DNA of 64,000 nucleotides from Alphaproteobacteria bacterium. Lineage in GTDB: Bacteria; Pseudomonadota; Alphaproteobacteria; Rs-D84. Shown one piece after another: positions 30,659 through 41,033 of the stretch (position 1 is the first letter of the stretch; every line of letters begins with the position of its first letter). The translations under genes and the position numbers were made by a program. The notes below the pieces were generated by a model. The model was not told where the DNA came from and did no database searches. It saw nothing but the letters and a program-made list of their open reading frames with translations. The stretch lies in the NCBI GenBank assembly GCA_017935245.1, contig JAGBHZ010000004.1, positions 1,305-65,304 of the forward strand, written 5' to 3'.

Positions 30659-31723
30659 ATGCCAGAATTACGAAAAAGCCATAAAAAAACAGACATAAAA
30701 CTGGAAATTATTAACGAATTGCGCGCCCGCTCCATGACATACGATGACATCCGGGCTTTTTTATCCAGGGTGTACAGACAACACGGGAAAATACCAAAAA
30801 ATTGTAAAAATCCGGCCGAATATACCGTATGCAAACGGACCGTTAACCGCGCAATTGAATCAATCCGGCAATCTTATAGAAATCAACTGGATTTTAACAA
30901 GGCGTTCGGGGTATATAAACTGGAATTGCATGACTTTCCCGATACAATCAGCGAAACAGAAATCCAGGCGCTGGATGTTGCCATAAAAAAAATGGGAAAC
31001 AATGTAAATGCACGCAAAATACTGGGGGATTTAAAGACAAAACTGACCACGCGTCTGTATCGTAAAATCCAACATACCGAACCGTTAAAAGCCGCACGCA
31101 AAATCAACGATATCGACCAGAAAATCAATGCAAACCACGCATTTGTTGGACCACAATTGGTTGTAAACTTTGACGAAAATGTTAAGCGCATCCTGGATTC
31201 TGCAATAAGCAGACAGCACAAGGTTTCTTTTAAATACTATAAAAACAACACAACCGTGTGTCCGTTGGGTATAATATATGGACCGAATAATGTGTATTTG
31301 ATTGCGTATGACTGCAAAGAACCAATCGTTTCGCGCGTGCCACGTCATTATATATTGTCTGAGATTTCAAATATTTCCCAAACCGGGGATTGGTTTGCGC
31401 GCGACGATGGTTTTTCAATCGAAGATTATGCAAAGTCTATGTTTGGAATATATAACGATGGAACAATATATGATGTAGAATGGTTAATCAAAGATAAACT
31501 CACAATCAGAATCGCAAAAAAATATAAATTCCATCCCACCCAAGAATTTATCAATAATCCAGAAGATGGCAGTTTGACGGTAAAAATGAAGACGGGTGGC
31601 CTGCGCGCGATAAGCGTATTTTTGGCACAATGGGGTGGAAAAATCATACCAATCGCCCCGCAAGAGTTAATTGATGAATATAAAAAACTGTTAAAAAACT
31701 GCCTGGACAGCATCAACAATTAA
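30659..31723 (+). CDS. HTH-WYL-WCX transcriptional regulator
   Basis: HTH-like RTVNRAIESIR; WYL-like VSFKY...VCPLGI...YLIAY...RHYILSEI; FGIY and FHPTQ in the WCX region. Confidence 0.88.
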   Translation: MPELRKSHKKTDIKLEIINELRARSMTYDDIRAFLSRVYRQHGKIPKNCKNPAEYTVCKRTVNRAIESIRQSYRNQLDFNKAFGVYKLELHDFPDTISETEIQALDVAIKKMGNNVNARKILGDLKTKLTTRLYRKIQHTEPLKAARKINDIDQKINANHAFVGPQLVVNFDENVKRILDSAISRQHKVSFKYYKNNTTVCPLGIIYGPNNVYLIAYDCKEPIVSRVPRHYILSEISNISQTGDWFARDDGFSIEDYAKSMFGIYNDGTIYDVEWLIKDKLTIRIAKKYKFHPTQEFINNPEDGSLTVKMKTGGLRAISVFLAQWGGKIIPIAPQELIDEYKKLLKNCLDSINN

Positions 31724-31821
31724 ACACCCCACATATGGGGTATTTTTTATTGCATATTTTTATTGTAAAAACACAAAATCCGTATAATATATATGCGTAT
31801 ATAAATTTAAGGATTAAAAAC

Positions 31822-33183
31822 ATGCCAGCAAAAACAGTTAATGATATCGTTGCATTATGCAAACGCCGTGGTTTTATTTTTACAGGTTCTGAAATTTATG
31901 GCGGATTGGGGGGCGCATATGACTATGGTCCGTATGGGGTTGAATTGATGAAAAACATCCGCAATGCATGGTGGAACGCAATGATTTATTCGCGCAATGA
32001 TGTCGAAGGATTGGATGCGGCACTGATATCTAATCGACTGTTGTGGAAATATTCTGGACACGAAGCGGGCTTTTCAGACCCATTGGTCGAATGTAAAAAA
32101 TGTGGCACACGTATGCGCCAAGATAAAATGAAAGACCAGACAAAATGTGATAACTGTGGTTCAACAGAAATTACAGAACCACGCGCGTATCAATTGATGA
32201 TGGGCCTGTCGATTGGGGCAACGGCCGACGGGGCAATTAACGCATACCTGCGCCCGGAAACCGCAACAACAACATATACAAACTTTAAGAACGTATTGGA
32301 TGCAAAACCACACAAATTGCCATTTGGTATCGCCCAGATTGGCAAGGCGTTCCGTAACGAAATTTCACCACGCGGATTCGTTTTCCGTATGCGTGAATTT
32401 GAACAGGCCGAATTACAATACTTTGTGCACCCAACCCAGGACGAACAATATCATAAAATGTGGATGGAAACCCGTCTGGCATGGTGGGTGAACGAATTGG
32501 GAATACCGGCGGAAAAATTACGTTTTATGCCACATGAAAAATTGGCACATTATGCCAAGGCCGCCGTCGATATCGAATACGAATTCCCAGATGGATTTGA
32601 CGAAGTCGAAGGTATCCATAATCGCCAGGACTTTGACCTGGGGTCGCATACCAAGGGACAAAAAGAATTTGAAATTCATGCAAATGTCCTGGAAAACAAA
32701 GACAGTACAACTAAATTATCTTATTCAGACCCGCAGACGGGCGAAAACTTTATCCCGTATGTTATTGAAACCGCAATGGGGGTTAATCGCGCAATGCTGG
32801 CCGTCATGCTGGAAGCATATACCGAAGAAGATTTGGGTGATGGAAAATCACGCGTGGTATTGAAATTAAAACCAAAACTGGCCCCGGTTAAGGCCGCGGT
32901 TATACCATTGGCACGAAATGTTCCAGAATTGCTGGAAATCGCAACAAATATCGAAAACGATTTGCGTAAACTGGCAATTGGACGTATCGAATTGGAAAAT
33001 TCGGGCAATATCGGTAAAAATTACCGTCGCCATGACGAAATTGGTACACCGGTTTGCATCACAGTCGATCACCAAACAATGGAAGATAAAACCGTTACCC
33101 TGCGCCATCGGGACAGCATGGCCCAAGAACGCATCGCAATCCAAGACGTACCAAAACGCATACTGGAAATTGTGAACGGTTAA
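31822..33183 (+). CDS. glyQS: Glycine--tRNA ligase, homodimeric (alpha2) type
   Basis: KRRGF...SEIYGG...DYGPYG, YLRPET, AQIGKAFRNEI, FRMREFEQ, IGKNYRRHDEIGTP. Confidence 0.93.
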   Translation: MPAKTVNDIVALCKRRGFIFTGSEIYGGLGGAYDYGPYGVELMKNIRNAWWNAMIYSRNDVEGLDAALISNRLLWKYSGHEAGFSDPLVECKKCGTRMRQDKMKDQTKCDNCGSTEITEPRAYQLMMGLSIGATADGAINAYLRPETATTTYTNFKNVLDAKPHKLPFGIAQIGKAFRNEISPRGFVFRMREFEQAELQYFVHPTQDEQYHKMWMETRLAWWVNELGIPAEKLRFMPHEKLAHYAKAAVDIEYEFPDGFDEVEGIHNRQDFDLGSHTKGQKEFEIHANVLENKDSTTKLSYSDPQTGENFIPYVIETAMGVNRAMLAVMLEAYTEEDLGDGKSRVVLKLKPKLAPVKAAVIPLARNVPELLEIATNIENDLRKLAIGRIELENSGNIGKNYRRHDEIGTPVCITVDHQTMEDKTVTLRHRDSMAQERIAIQDVPKRILEIVNG

Positions 33184-33206
33184 AAAATGCCCCAAACGGG
33201 GCATTT

Positions 33207-33476
33207 TTAACGCATTTTATCATTATTATTCTTGTATATATCGCGATAAACCCGTATCGCACGGTCGGCCGTGTATATCGTACACAACAACCATAGCATC
33301 CCAGTCAAAATCATGTCGTCATCACCGGGATTGTTGATAATGTCGCGCCCGACCCTTATCAAATTGCCCGTCGATATTCCGTTCAGCACAATATACAGCA
33401 ATAAAAACGGATGCCGGTTAAAATTGCCCGGATTGGGATTTCCGGATGGATTATATCGCGGACTGAACGATGACAT
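33207..33476 (-). CDS. Small hypothetical membrane protein
   Basis: 89 aa with two hydrophobic segments; coupled to the upstream ORF. Confidence 0.55.
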   Translation of the reverse strand: MSSFSPRYNPSGNPNPGNFNRHPFLLLYIVLNGISTGNLIRVGRDIINNPGDDDMILTGMLWLLCTIYTADRAIRVYRDIYKNNNDKMR

Positions 33477-33784
33477 TATTTTACCTTTTGTGCGTTTTGG
33501 GCATTTAATTGATTACGCGTGTCAACATAGTCGCGCAAAATTTTTGGATTCATCTGGCGTATAACCGCGGCACCACCAACACCAATCACACCCATTACAA
33601 CACCGGTCAACGCCGTTTCCAGGCCGGCCCCAAATGTTTTTGCTGTAAATGCCTTGGCTGTGAAAAACAACGGTGTTGCCAGGCTGGCATAATAAACCGC
33701 CATAGACGCCGCCTTGTTAACCTTGGCCATTGCCAGATAAATGTTCATTTCGCGTTTTAATTCTTTTTGTGTTTTATTTTCCAT
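33476..33784 (-). CDS. Small hypothetical membrane protein
   Basis: AAGGA SD; 102 aa with Gly/Ala-rich hydrophobic segments. Confidence 0.6.
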   Translation of the reverse strand: MENKTQKELKREMNIYLAMAKVNKAASMAVYYASLATPLFFTAKAFTAKTFGAGLETALTGVVMGVIGVGGAAVIRQMNPKILRDYVDTRNQLNAQNAQKVK

Positions 33785-33904
33785 TTTTTCTTTCCTTTTT
33801 TATATTGTTTGTTCAAACCATCACATAATAATATAGTACAAAATTATAAAATGTCAACATAAAAACAGTTTTATTTATTTTTAAATGCTGCTATCCTGGC
33901 CCCT

Positions 33905-34528
33905 ATGAAGACAAATCCAGATTTTTCCATTGAAAACAATATCGACGCAAATTTAATTGCGGGCGTTGACGAAGCGGGACGCGGTCCCCTGTGCGGGCCG
34001 GTGGTTGCGGCGGCGGTTATTTTCCCGCAACGCAATATCGAAATCCCTGTTGTTATTCGCGATTCCAAGCAGATGACACCACGCGCACGCGCCGCGGCGT
34101 ATGATTGGATTACAAAAAACACCATATGGGCGGTTGGTATGTGTAATCCCGACGAAATTGATGAATTAAACATACTGTGGGCGTCAATGCGCGCAATGGA
34201 ACGTGCGGTTGGGGGCCTGGGGGTACAGGCTGATTGGTGCCTGGTGGATGGTAACCGTGTGCCGGCCGGGATATCTGGCAATGCAATTGTCAAAGGGGAC
34301 GCAAAATCATTATCAATCGCGGCCGCATCCATTATCGCCAAGGAAACACGCGATAAAATTATGTCTGATTTGGCAAATCAATTCCCACAATATGCATGGG
34401 ATAAAAATGCAGGCTATCCAACAAAATCACATTTACAGGCCATCGAAAAATATGGTATAACGATACATCACAGAAAATCTTTTGGACCGGTTAAAGAAAG
34501 GATAAAAAATGAAACTGCGCACGATTGA
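33905..34528 (+). CDS. rnhB: Ribonuclease HII
   Basis: AGVDEAGRGPL, DSK, LVDGN, KGDA, IAAASIIAK, HRKSF. Confidence 0.96.
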   Translation: MKTNPDFSIENNIDANLIAGVDEAGRGPLCGPVVAAAVIFPQRNIEIPVVIRDSKQMTPRARAAAYDWITKNTIWAVGMCNPDEIDELNILWASMRAMERAVGGLGVQADWCLVDGNRVPAGISGNAIVKGDAKSLSIAAASIIAKETRDKIMSDLANQFPQYAWDKNAGYPTKSHLQAIEKYGITIHHRKSFGPVKERIKNETAHD

Positions 34529-35678
34529 TGGGTTGGATTTACGCGGAAAATATGTATTACTGCGTGATGATTTTAATGTTCAGATTGTCGATGGAAAAAT
34601 TACCGACGCATTTCGTATTGAACAAAGCATGCCAACAATAAATAAATTACGTCAAATGGGGGCACGTGTGGCAATATGCGCACACCTGGGGCGGCCCAAG
34701 GGAACACGCAACATGGAATACACATTAAAACCCGTTGCCGAATACATGGGAATAAAATTAATCCAGGATTGCTTGGACAAAGATTTTATGCATGATATGC
34801 ATGATGGCGATGTCGTGTTATTGGAAAACGTTCGGTTCTATGCGGGCGAAGAAAAAAATGACCCAACTTTTTCGGCCGAGCTGGCACGCGGTTTTGACGC
34901 ATATGTTAATGACGCATTTGCCGTATCACATCGCGCACATGCCAGTACCGTTGGTGTCGCAGAAATATTACCATCATATGCCGGGGATTTGTTGGCATCG
35001 GAAATAGAACACCTTAGCGCGGTTATGGAAAACCCAAAACGTCCGTTATTGTCCATCGTCGCAGGCAGCAAGGTTTCAACAAAAATTGGCGTATTAAAGG
35101 CGTTGGCAAAATTATCAGACACACTGATTATCGGTGGGGCACTGGGGACGACATTTAATTATGCAACCGGGGCACGCGTTGGAAATTCACTGTATGAAGC
35201 AGACCAGGTGGATACTGCGTTGGAAATTTTGGAATTTGCACGCGAAAACAATTGCCGGGTCTTGTTACCAATGGACAAAGGTGTGGCCAAAGAATTTGCA
35301 CGCGACGCAGAACGCACCAACAAAGATTTTAGCCAAATCGAAGATGACGATATTATTATCGATGCCGGCATTGCCACAACCGAACGCGATGTGAACGAGA
35401 TTAAAAATGCAAAAACAGTTATATGGAACGGAACGGTTGGTATGGCCGAATGGGCACCAATATGGTCATATGGTTCATTTGCATTGGCAAATGCAATTGC
35501 AGAACAAACACGCATGGGCAAATTAGAAAGCATTGTCGGCGGTGGCGACACGGTGGCGGCATTAACGGCGCTGGGGGTAAAAGACGATATCACGTATGTT
35601 TCAACCGGCGGTGGCGCATTTTTAGAGTTTGTAGAAGGACGCACCCTGCCGGGTGTTGCGATACTGGAAGAAAAATAA
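34509..35678 (+). CDS. pgk: Phosphoglycerate kinase
   Basis: DFNV, HLGRP, LLENVRF, VNDAF..SHRAHAS, GGGDT, STGGGA. Confidence 0.96.
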   Translation: MKLRTIDGLDLRGKYVLLRDDFNVQIVDGKITDAFRIEQSMPTINKLRQMGARVAICAHLGRPKGTRNMEYTLKPVAEYMGIKLIQDCLDKDFMHDMHDGDVVLLENVRFYAGEEKNDPTFSAELARGFDAYVNDAFAVSHRAHASTVGVAEILPSYAGDLLASEIEHLSAVMENPKRPLLSIVAGSKVSTKIGVLKALAKLSDTLIIGGALGTTFNYATGARVGNSLYEADQVDTALEILEFARENNCRVLLPMDKGVAKEFARDAERTNKDFSQIEDDDIIIDAGIATTERDVNEIKNAKTVIWNGTVGMAEWAPIWSYGSFALANAIAEQTRMGKLESIVGGGDTVAALTALGVKDDITYVSTGGGAFLEFVEGRTLPGVAILEEK

Positions 35679-35709
35679 GAAAACGCCCATGTGGGCGTTT
35701 TTTATATTG

Positions 35710-36810
35710 TTATGCGGCCTGTTTTATATCACGCTTGATATTTCTGATGTATTTGCGCAACTCATCAATCGCAACCAGGCCCCCATCACGCTTTTCGGCC
35801 GACCAATAATCCCAGCCATTAAAACTGACGCTGCGTTGCAATTTGGCCGCCATGACGTGAATTGACCCCTTGCCCAATAATGGGTGGGTCAATTGACCAT
35901 CACGTGTTATCATGACGCGTTCGCCGCGCGGACTGACCAGTGTTTGACCAACATATAACAAACCGGCATCAATCAATTCTTTGAACGCAATACGAATTTC
36001 GGCACGTTTGGGTTGGGTAACCTCGATTTCAGTTAAATCCATCGGTACCGCATTTGCAACACGTTCACGCGCCGCCGCAACATATGTTTCATCACGTTCG
36101 ACACCAATAAACCGCCGCCCCATTTCAACCGCGGCCGCGGCCGTTGTTCCCGAACCCATAAACGGATCTAAAATAACATCCCCCGGTTTTGTCGATGCTA
36201 AGATTACACGACGCAATAAATCCAGTGGTTTTTGTGTATTGTGCAGACTTTTTCCATCGGCACCCTTTAACCGTTCTTCGCCCAGACAGATGTTCATATC
36301 CCAATCCGAGCGCATCTGTTTTCCACCGTTAAGGCGCTTCATTGTTTCATAATTAAACGTATATTTTCCGGTCTTGGTCGGTGTTGCCCATATTAATGTT
36401 TCATGCGCATTGGTAAATCGCGTGCCACGAAAATTTGGCATTGGATTGGTCTTGACCCATACGATATCGTTCAAAATCCAAAAACCCATGTCTTGCAGGA
36501 TTGTACCAACACGGAAAATGTTATGATAACTGCCGATTGTCCACATTGCACCGGTGGGTTTTAAAATACGTTTACATTCCGCCATCCAGGCACGTGTAAA
36601 TTCATCATATGCATCATTTGATTCAAATGCATCCCATTCATCGCGCACGGCACGGGCGGCGGTTTGATCTTCGGGGCGATACAATGTTTTAGCACCCAAT
36701 TGCAGATTATATGGGGGATCTGCGAATACGGCATCAACCGATGCGTCGGGTATGCCACGCATAATTTCAATGCAATCACCACATAAAATCTGATTCAGGT
36801 ATTTGTCCAT
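35710..36810 (-). CDS. ccrM: CcrM-like beta-class adenine DNA methyltransferase
   Basis: FADPPYNLQL, IGSYHNIFRVG, NPMPNFRGTRFTNAHETLIW, LDPFMGSGTT; C-terminal GSIH...NGWDYW domain. Confidence 0.9.
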   Translation of the reverse strand: MDKYLNQILCGDCIEIMRGIPDASVDAVFADPPYNLQLGAKTLYRPEDQTAARAVRDEWDAFESNDAYDEFTRAWMAECKRILKPTGAMWTIGSYHNIFRVGTILQDMGFWILNDIVWVKTNPMPNFRGTRFTNAHETLIWATPTKTGKYTFNYETMKRLNGGKQMRSDWDMNICLGEERLKGADGKSLHNTQKPLDLLRRVILASTKPGDVILDPFMGSGTTAAAAVEMGRRFIGVERDETYVAAARERVANAVPMDLTEIEVTQPKRAEIRIAFKELIDAGLLYVGQTLVSPRGERVMITRDGQLTHPLLGKGSIHVMAAKLQRSVSFNGWDYWSAEKRDGGLVAIDELRKYIRNIKRDIKQAA

Positions 36811-36837
36811 CTCTCTCGCAACTCTCGTGTGTATATT

Positions 36838-36853
36838 TTACCATATTTTGGGG
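36838..36853. promoter_or_regulatory. Candidate NrdR box
   Basis: ttaCcAtATtTtGggg matches the NrdR core CnAnATnTnG; lies between the divergent ccrM and nrdR genes. Confidence 0.4.
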
Positions 36854-36979
36854 TCTAAAAAATGTGTGATGGGGTAATGTTTTTGAAATAAAGTGCTTGA
36901 TTTTTATAAAATGCTTAATTTTTTATAGATGCAAAATATACTTGCATGGGGGAAAATTCATTGCTACCGTATATATGCT

Positions 36980-37480
36980 ATGAGATGTCCGTATTGCAGT
37001 TCAACAGACAGTCGTGTAACAGATTCACGACCCGATATCGAAGACGCGATTATTCGCCGTCGTCGTGTTTGCAACCAATGTGGTGCCAAATTCACCACGG
37101 TTGAACGCATACAAATGCGCGATTTAATGGTACGGAAAAACAGTGGAAAACTGGAACCATTTGACCGTGAAAAATTGCGCCGCAGCATTTTATTAGCGTG
37201 TCGCAACCGTGATGTTGGCGAAGACCAGGTTGAACGTCTGGTTACGTCAATTCATCGTCGCCTGGAAACCGAGGCCCCCGATGATACCGTTACATCGGTC
37301 ATGGTTGGACAAATGGTTTCTGATTCATTGTTAAATCTGGATCCGATTGCGTTTATTCGTTTTTCATCAGTGTACCGTAAATTTTCACGCGTGTCGGATT
37401 TTAAAAAAATTATCGATCAAATACCAGAGGCAGACGAAGGCGCCGCCGTTTGCGAATTGCCACGTACAACACTGTTCTGA
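36980..37480 (+). CDS. nrdR: Transcriptional repressor NrdR
   Basis: MRCPYC...VTDSR...RRRRVCNQC..FTT.E, ATP cone, AFIRFSSVY. Confidence 0.95.
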   Translation: MRCPYCSSTDSRVTDSRPDIEDAIIRRRRVCNQCGAKFTTVERIQMRDLMVRKNSGKLEPFDREKLRRSILLACRNRDVGEDQVERLVTSIHRRLETEAPDDTVTSVMVGQMVSDSLLNLDPIAFIRFSSVYRKFSRVSDFKKIIDQIPEADEGAAVCELPRTTLF

Positions 37481-37491
37481 TGTATATAAAT

Positions 37492-39219
37492 ATGATGAAA
37501 AAGATTTTAAGTATTTTTATCGCACTGTTTTTGCCGACCGTTGCCGCGGCGGTGCCGGTGCTGGACGTTTTGTCGGACCATGACGCCAGTTTGTATAAGC
37601 AAATCTTTAAATTGCAAGACAATGAAAAAATTAGTGCGGCAACAAAACTGCAATCGCAAATCGAAGATGATTTATTAATTAACGAGGTTCTGTATCAGCG
37701 ATATTTTTCAGATTCATACACAACACGTGGGGCCGAAATAAAGGCATGGATGAACAAATACAACGATATGCCCGGCGCGACGCGTATGCAGAAATTAGCA
37801 AACATAAAAAAAGCGTCTGTTAAAAAACCAAATTTACCAACATCAATCAGTGGTGGCGCATCAATCGAAACACCACAATCTGAAAATTGGACCGCAAAAA
37901 AATATTCGGGGGATACCGCAAAAAAAATTGATAAGTTTAAGCGCGCAATTCGCAGCGGGTCAACAAAAACCGCACGCGAAATTCTGGAAACACGATCATT
38001 TAAAAACAAACTAACCGATTCCGATTATGGCCGCCTGGCGGGACGATTATCATACATTTATTACACAAATGGCGAAATGGAATTGGCAAAAAAATGGGGT
38101 TTTGTATCATCACATGAAAATTCTGAATATGGCCTGTGGACAATGGGCTTAATCTACTTCAAAGAAGAAAACTTTAAAGAATCCCAAAAATATTTTAGTA
38201 AAATATTGGCATTGGAACACATCAACAACGCCCGCAAGATAGAGGCCGCGTTTTGGGCCGGGCGTGCCGCCGATTTAAACGGTGCAGCGGATATGGCACG
38301 CCAATACTGGACCGTGGCGGCATCGCACCCAATGGCGTTCTATGGCGCATTGTCGGCAACAATGTTGGGCGGGGTGCCACAATACGAATTTTTTGAACAA
38401 GATTGTACCGACGAAGATATTGATGAACTGCGTCAAACAAAATATGGCAAGCGCGCATTGGCCATGTTACAGGTCGGACGCAAGGATCGCGCCGAAGAAT
38501 ACATGAAACTGATGATAACATCGCGTGCGACCGACCGACAATTGCATGCGGTAAATTCGGTTGCGACGGCGTATGGCCTGCCACGGGTATCGTTACAGGC
38601 ATCCAGTTTGATAAAAGACCGTGGAATCCTGGAAATTGACGACGATATTATTTATTCGGCGCAATATCCATTGCCAGATTGGGAACCGATGGGCGGTTGG
38701 TCAATTGACCGCGCGTTATTGTTGGCAATCACAAAACAAGAAAGCGGATTTCGTACAACGGCTAAATCGGGCGTGGGCGCCAATGGATTAATGCAATTGA
38801 TGCCCAGCACCGCAAAGCGCGTGGCAAAGCAAAATAACCTGGATATATCTGAAATGGATATGTCAAATCCAGAACACAACATGTACCTGGGACAGCAATA
38901 TATTGTTGACCTATTATCACACCCAAATATTGAAAATAATATTATAAAAATGTTGGCGGCATATAACGCGGGGATGGGTACAATGACAAAATTTGAAAAA
39001 ACATTTTATACATATGACCCATTATTGTATATCGAAAGTTTCCCCGCATACGAAACACGTAATTACATCAAACGCGTAATGTCAAATTTGTGGCTGTATC
39101 GGGCGCGACTGAATCAACCGCTGACATCATTGACCGAAATGGCAAATGGGAATTGGCCACTGTATAACAGCGAAGACGAATATGTCCAACAACAAATAAT
39201 GAACCGCATGACGATATAA
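37492..39219 (+). CDS. Soluble lytic transglycosylase (SLT domain with TPR-like region)
   Basis: Signal peptide; QESGF, GLMQLMP, AAYNAG, ETRNYIKRV. Confidence 0.9.
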   Translation: MMKKILSIFIALFLPTVAAAVPVLDVLSDHDASLYKQIFKLQDNEKISAATKLQSQIEDDLLINEVLYQRYFSDSYTTRGAEIKAWMNKYNDMPGATRMQKLANIKKASVKKPNLPTSISGGASIETPQSENWTAKKYSGDTAKKIDKFKRAIRSGSTKTAREILETRSFKNKLTDSDYGRLAGRLSYIYYTNGEMELAKKWGFVSSHENSEYGLWTMGLIYFKEENFKESQKYFSKILALEHINNARKIEAAFWAGRAADLNGAADMARQYWTVAASHPMAFYGALSATMLGGVPQYEFFEQDCTDEDIDELRQTKYGKRALAMLQVGRKDRAEEYMKLMITSRATDRQLHAVNSVATAYGLPRVSLQASSLIKDRGILEIDDDIIYSAQYPLPDWEPMGGWSIDRALLLAITKQESGFRTTAKSGVGANGLMQLMPSTAKRVAKQNNLDISEMDMSNPEHNMYLGQQYIVDLLSHPNIENNIIKMLAAYNAGMGTMTKFEKTFYTYDPLLYIESFPAYETRNYIKRVMSNLWLYRARLNQPLTSLTEMANGNWPLYNSEDEYVQQQIMNRMTI

Positions 39220-39244
39220 AAAAAATCCCCCAAACGGGGGATTT

Positions 39245-40975
39245 TTATTCGGTTGTATTCGGAATTATAACAACATCATTATAATGCGACAAGAATCGTG
39301 ATCCCGTTGCACAATAAATCTTTTGCAGTGAATCTTTGTATTCACGAACGGCGGTTACCCAGCGCTGCTGAATATCATCTTGGGCGCCCTGGTATGCGGA
39401 AAACGCCCCCATCGCCCCACCGGCACCGGCACCGATTAAGGTACCCTTTAACCGCGCATTGTTATTAATGTCAATTAGTCCGCCATCTTCGGCACTAACG
39501 TAAATCGGTCTAAAATTCGCAATAGTGGGTTCAACGTCTTTACCGGCGGCATCTTTGGTCTTTAAACTATTATTATCAATGGCATTGCCATTTGCATCGC
39601 GACCCCATATTTTCTTTACGTTTGCTTTATCATCCTTCCAGTCTTTATCCTTGTACCCGAATGGTTTATCCGCCGGAATTTCAACCAAAACTGGGATTGG
39701 CGCACCACTGGGGACGGTACCGGTATCAATTTTTGCAAACTTGTTGTCCGCCAAGCGATTTGGCGCGGTTTGGGAATGCAAATGCATTACACGGTTTTTA
39801 TCGTCCATATAATAACTTTCCCTTATATCAGCATAGTTTGCCGCTTCAATCGACTTTAAATCATATTCTTCGCCGGTGGCCGTTTTCTTGCCTAAATAAT
39901 CATTAAACATGATATCCATCAATTCGGCAGGAACACAGTTCTTTAAACCATCGGTTTCGCATTTCCATACGTCTTCTTTTTCTGTATCATAGAAATATGT
40001 GGCGTTTACGTCCATTGGTACCGATTTCGTGTACATACCCCACAGGCATTTTGCATCACGCTCTTCAATCTTGCAATTTTCAACGCGCATCACAGAATCA
40101 CCCGATGCCGCCATATTACCAATCAGGCCACCCGCGGCCGCATTTACCCCGGCAGACAATATCATATCCCCGGCAACCTTGCCACCATAGACGTTGCCCG
40201 CCATAATTGCCGCCCCCGTCAAGCCACCAATCGCCGTTGATGTCAATTTTTCTTTGTTGGTGCCAAGCATGGCATCTTTGCCAACCTCTTTTTCACCAAG
40301 CGCATTTCCCGCCACCGCCGCCAGGATTGTGCCCGCCGCAATTTTTATGCCGGCGTGTTGTTTTTGTTCTTGGTTCATGACGGCCTTTACATCTTCGATG
40401 GTGGGTTCGGTATCATTTGGAAATACAACCGTGCCGGCCGCCGGTAAATATGACGATTGCGACCATTCAGAAATATTACATTTAATTGAATCACCCGCCG
40501 CAACATTTACACGCGCCAAAACCAAATCTGAACCATCTGGGCCCATTTGATATCCGCGCATTTCAACAACCGATACACACTGGGACCCGGTGCCAGATTT
40601 TGTACCAGCCGTCGGCATATCCCATGCAAATTCACCATTTGGGTACACGGCACCACAATTCTGTAATTGCCCCAATGTAACAGATGCCGCATCACCCGAT
40701 GCAATCTGGGACGCCAATGTTGGATTTGCAACACGTATTGGCAAATCAACCGACTGGGGCGCATTTGTGGTCGATGTCGCCATTTCATTTACGGGCACGC
40801 CATTTTCGGCCGCAATTGCGGCGGGACCAGGATTGCGAATTGCGTTAACCTGGTCATAGGCGGCGGCATAACTGCGTGATTTATTGCCAACGCGTATCGC
40901 ACCATATGAATCACATGGCAATGAAACTAATGCGGCCAATAATGAATAATAAAAAAATGATTTGGATTTTAACAT
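39245..40975 (-). CDS. Secreted protein with Gly-zipper-like segments and Cys pairs
   Basis: Signal peptide; several GxxxG-rich hydrophobic stretches; no catalytic motif recognised. Confidence 0.7.
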   Translation of the reverse strand: MLKSKSFFYYSLLAALVSLPCDSYGAIRVGNKSRSYAAAYDQVNAIRNPGPAAIAAENGVPVNEMATSTTNAPQSVDLPIRVANPTLASQIASGDAASVTLGQLQNCGAVYPNGEFAWDMPTAGTKSGTGSQCVSVVEMRGYQMGPDGSDLVLARVNVAAGDSIKCNISEWSQSSYLPAAGTVVFPNDTEPTIEDVKAVMNQEQKQHAGIKIAAGTILAAVAGNALGEKEVGKDAMLGTNKEKLTSTAIGGLTGAAIMAGNVYGGKVAGDMILSAGVNAAAGGLIGNMAASGDSVMRVENCKIEERDAKCLWGMYTKSVPMDVNATYFYDTEKEDVWKCETDGLKNCVPAELMDIMFNDYLGKKTATGEEYDLKSIEAANYADIRESYYMDDKNRVMHLHSQTAPNRLADNKFAKIDTGTVPSGAPIPVLVEIPADKPFGYKDKDWKDDKANVKKIWGRDANGNAIDNNSLKTKDAAGKDVEPTIANFRPIYVSAEDGGLIDINNNARLKGTLIGAGAGGAMGAFSAYQGAQDDIQQRWVTAVREYKDSLQKIYCATGSRFLSHYNDVVIIPNTTE

Positions 40976-41033
40976 GCTCTCTCTTGCCCCGGATAAAATA
41001 AACGCAGACAACCGGGACGCGCCCGGTTATCCA

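Noticed and set aside
19549-31800. recCBD-AAA-WYL block as a tRNA-Ser-integrated element
   Set aside because: No integrase, and no duplicate of the tRNA 3' end was seen near 31723-31820; foreign origin stays an inference.
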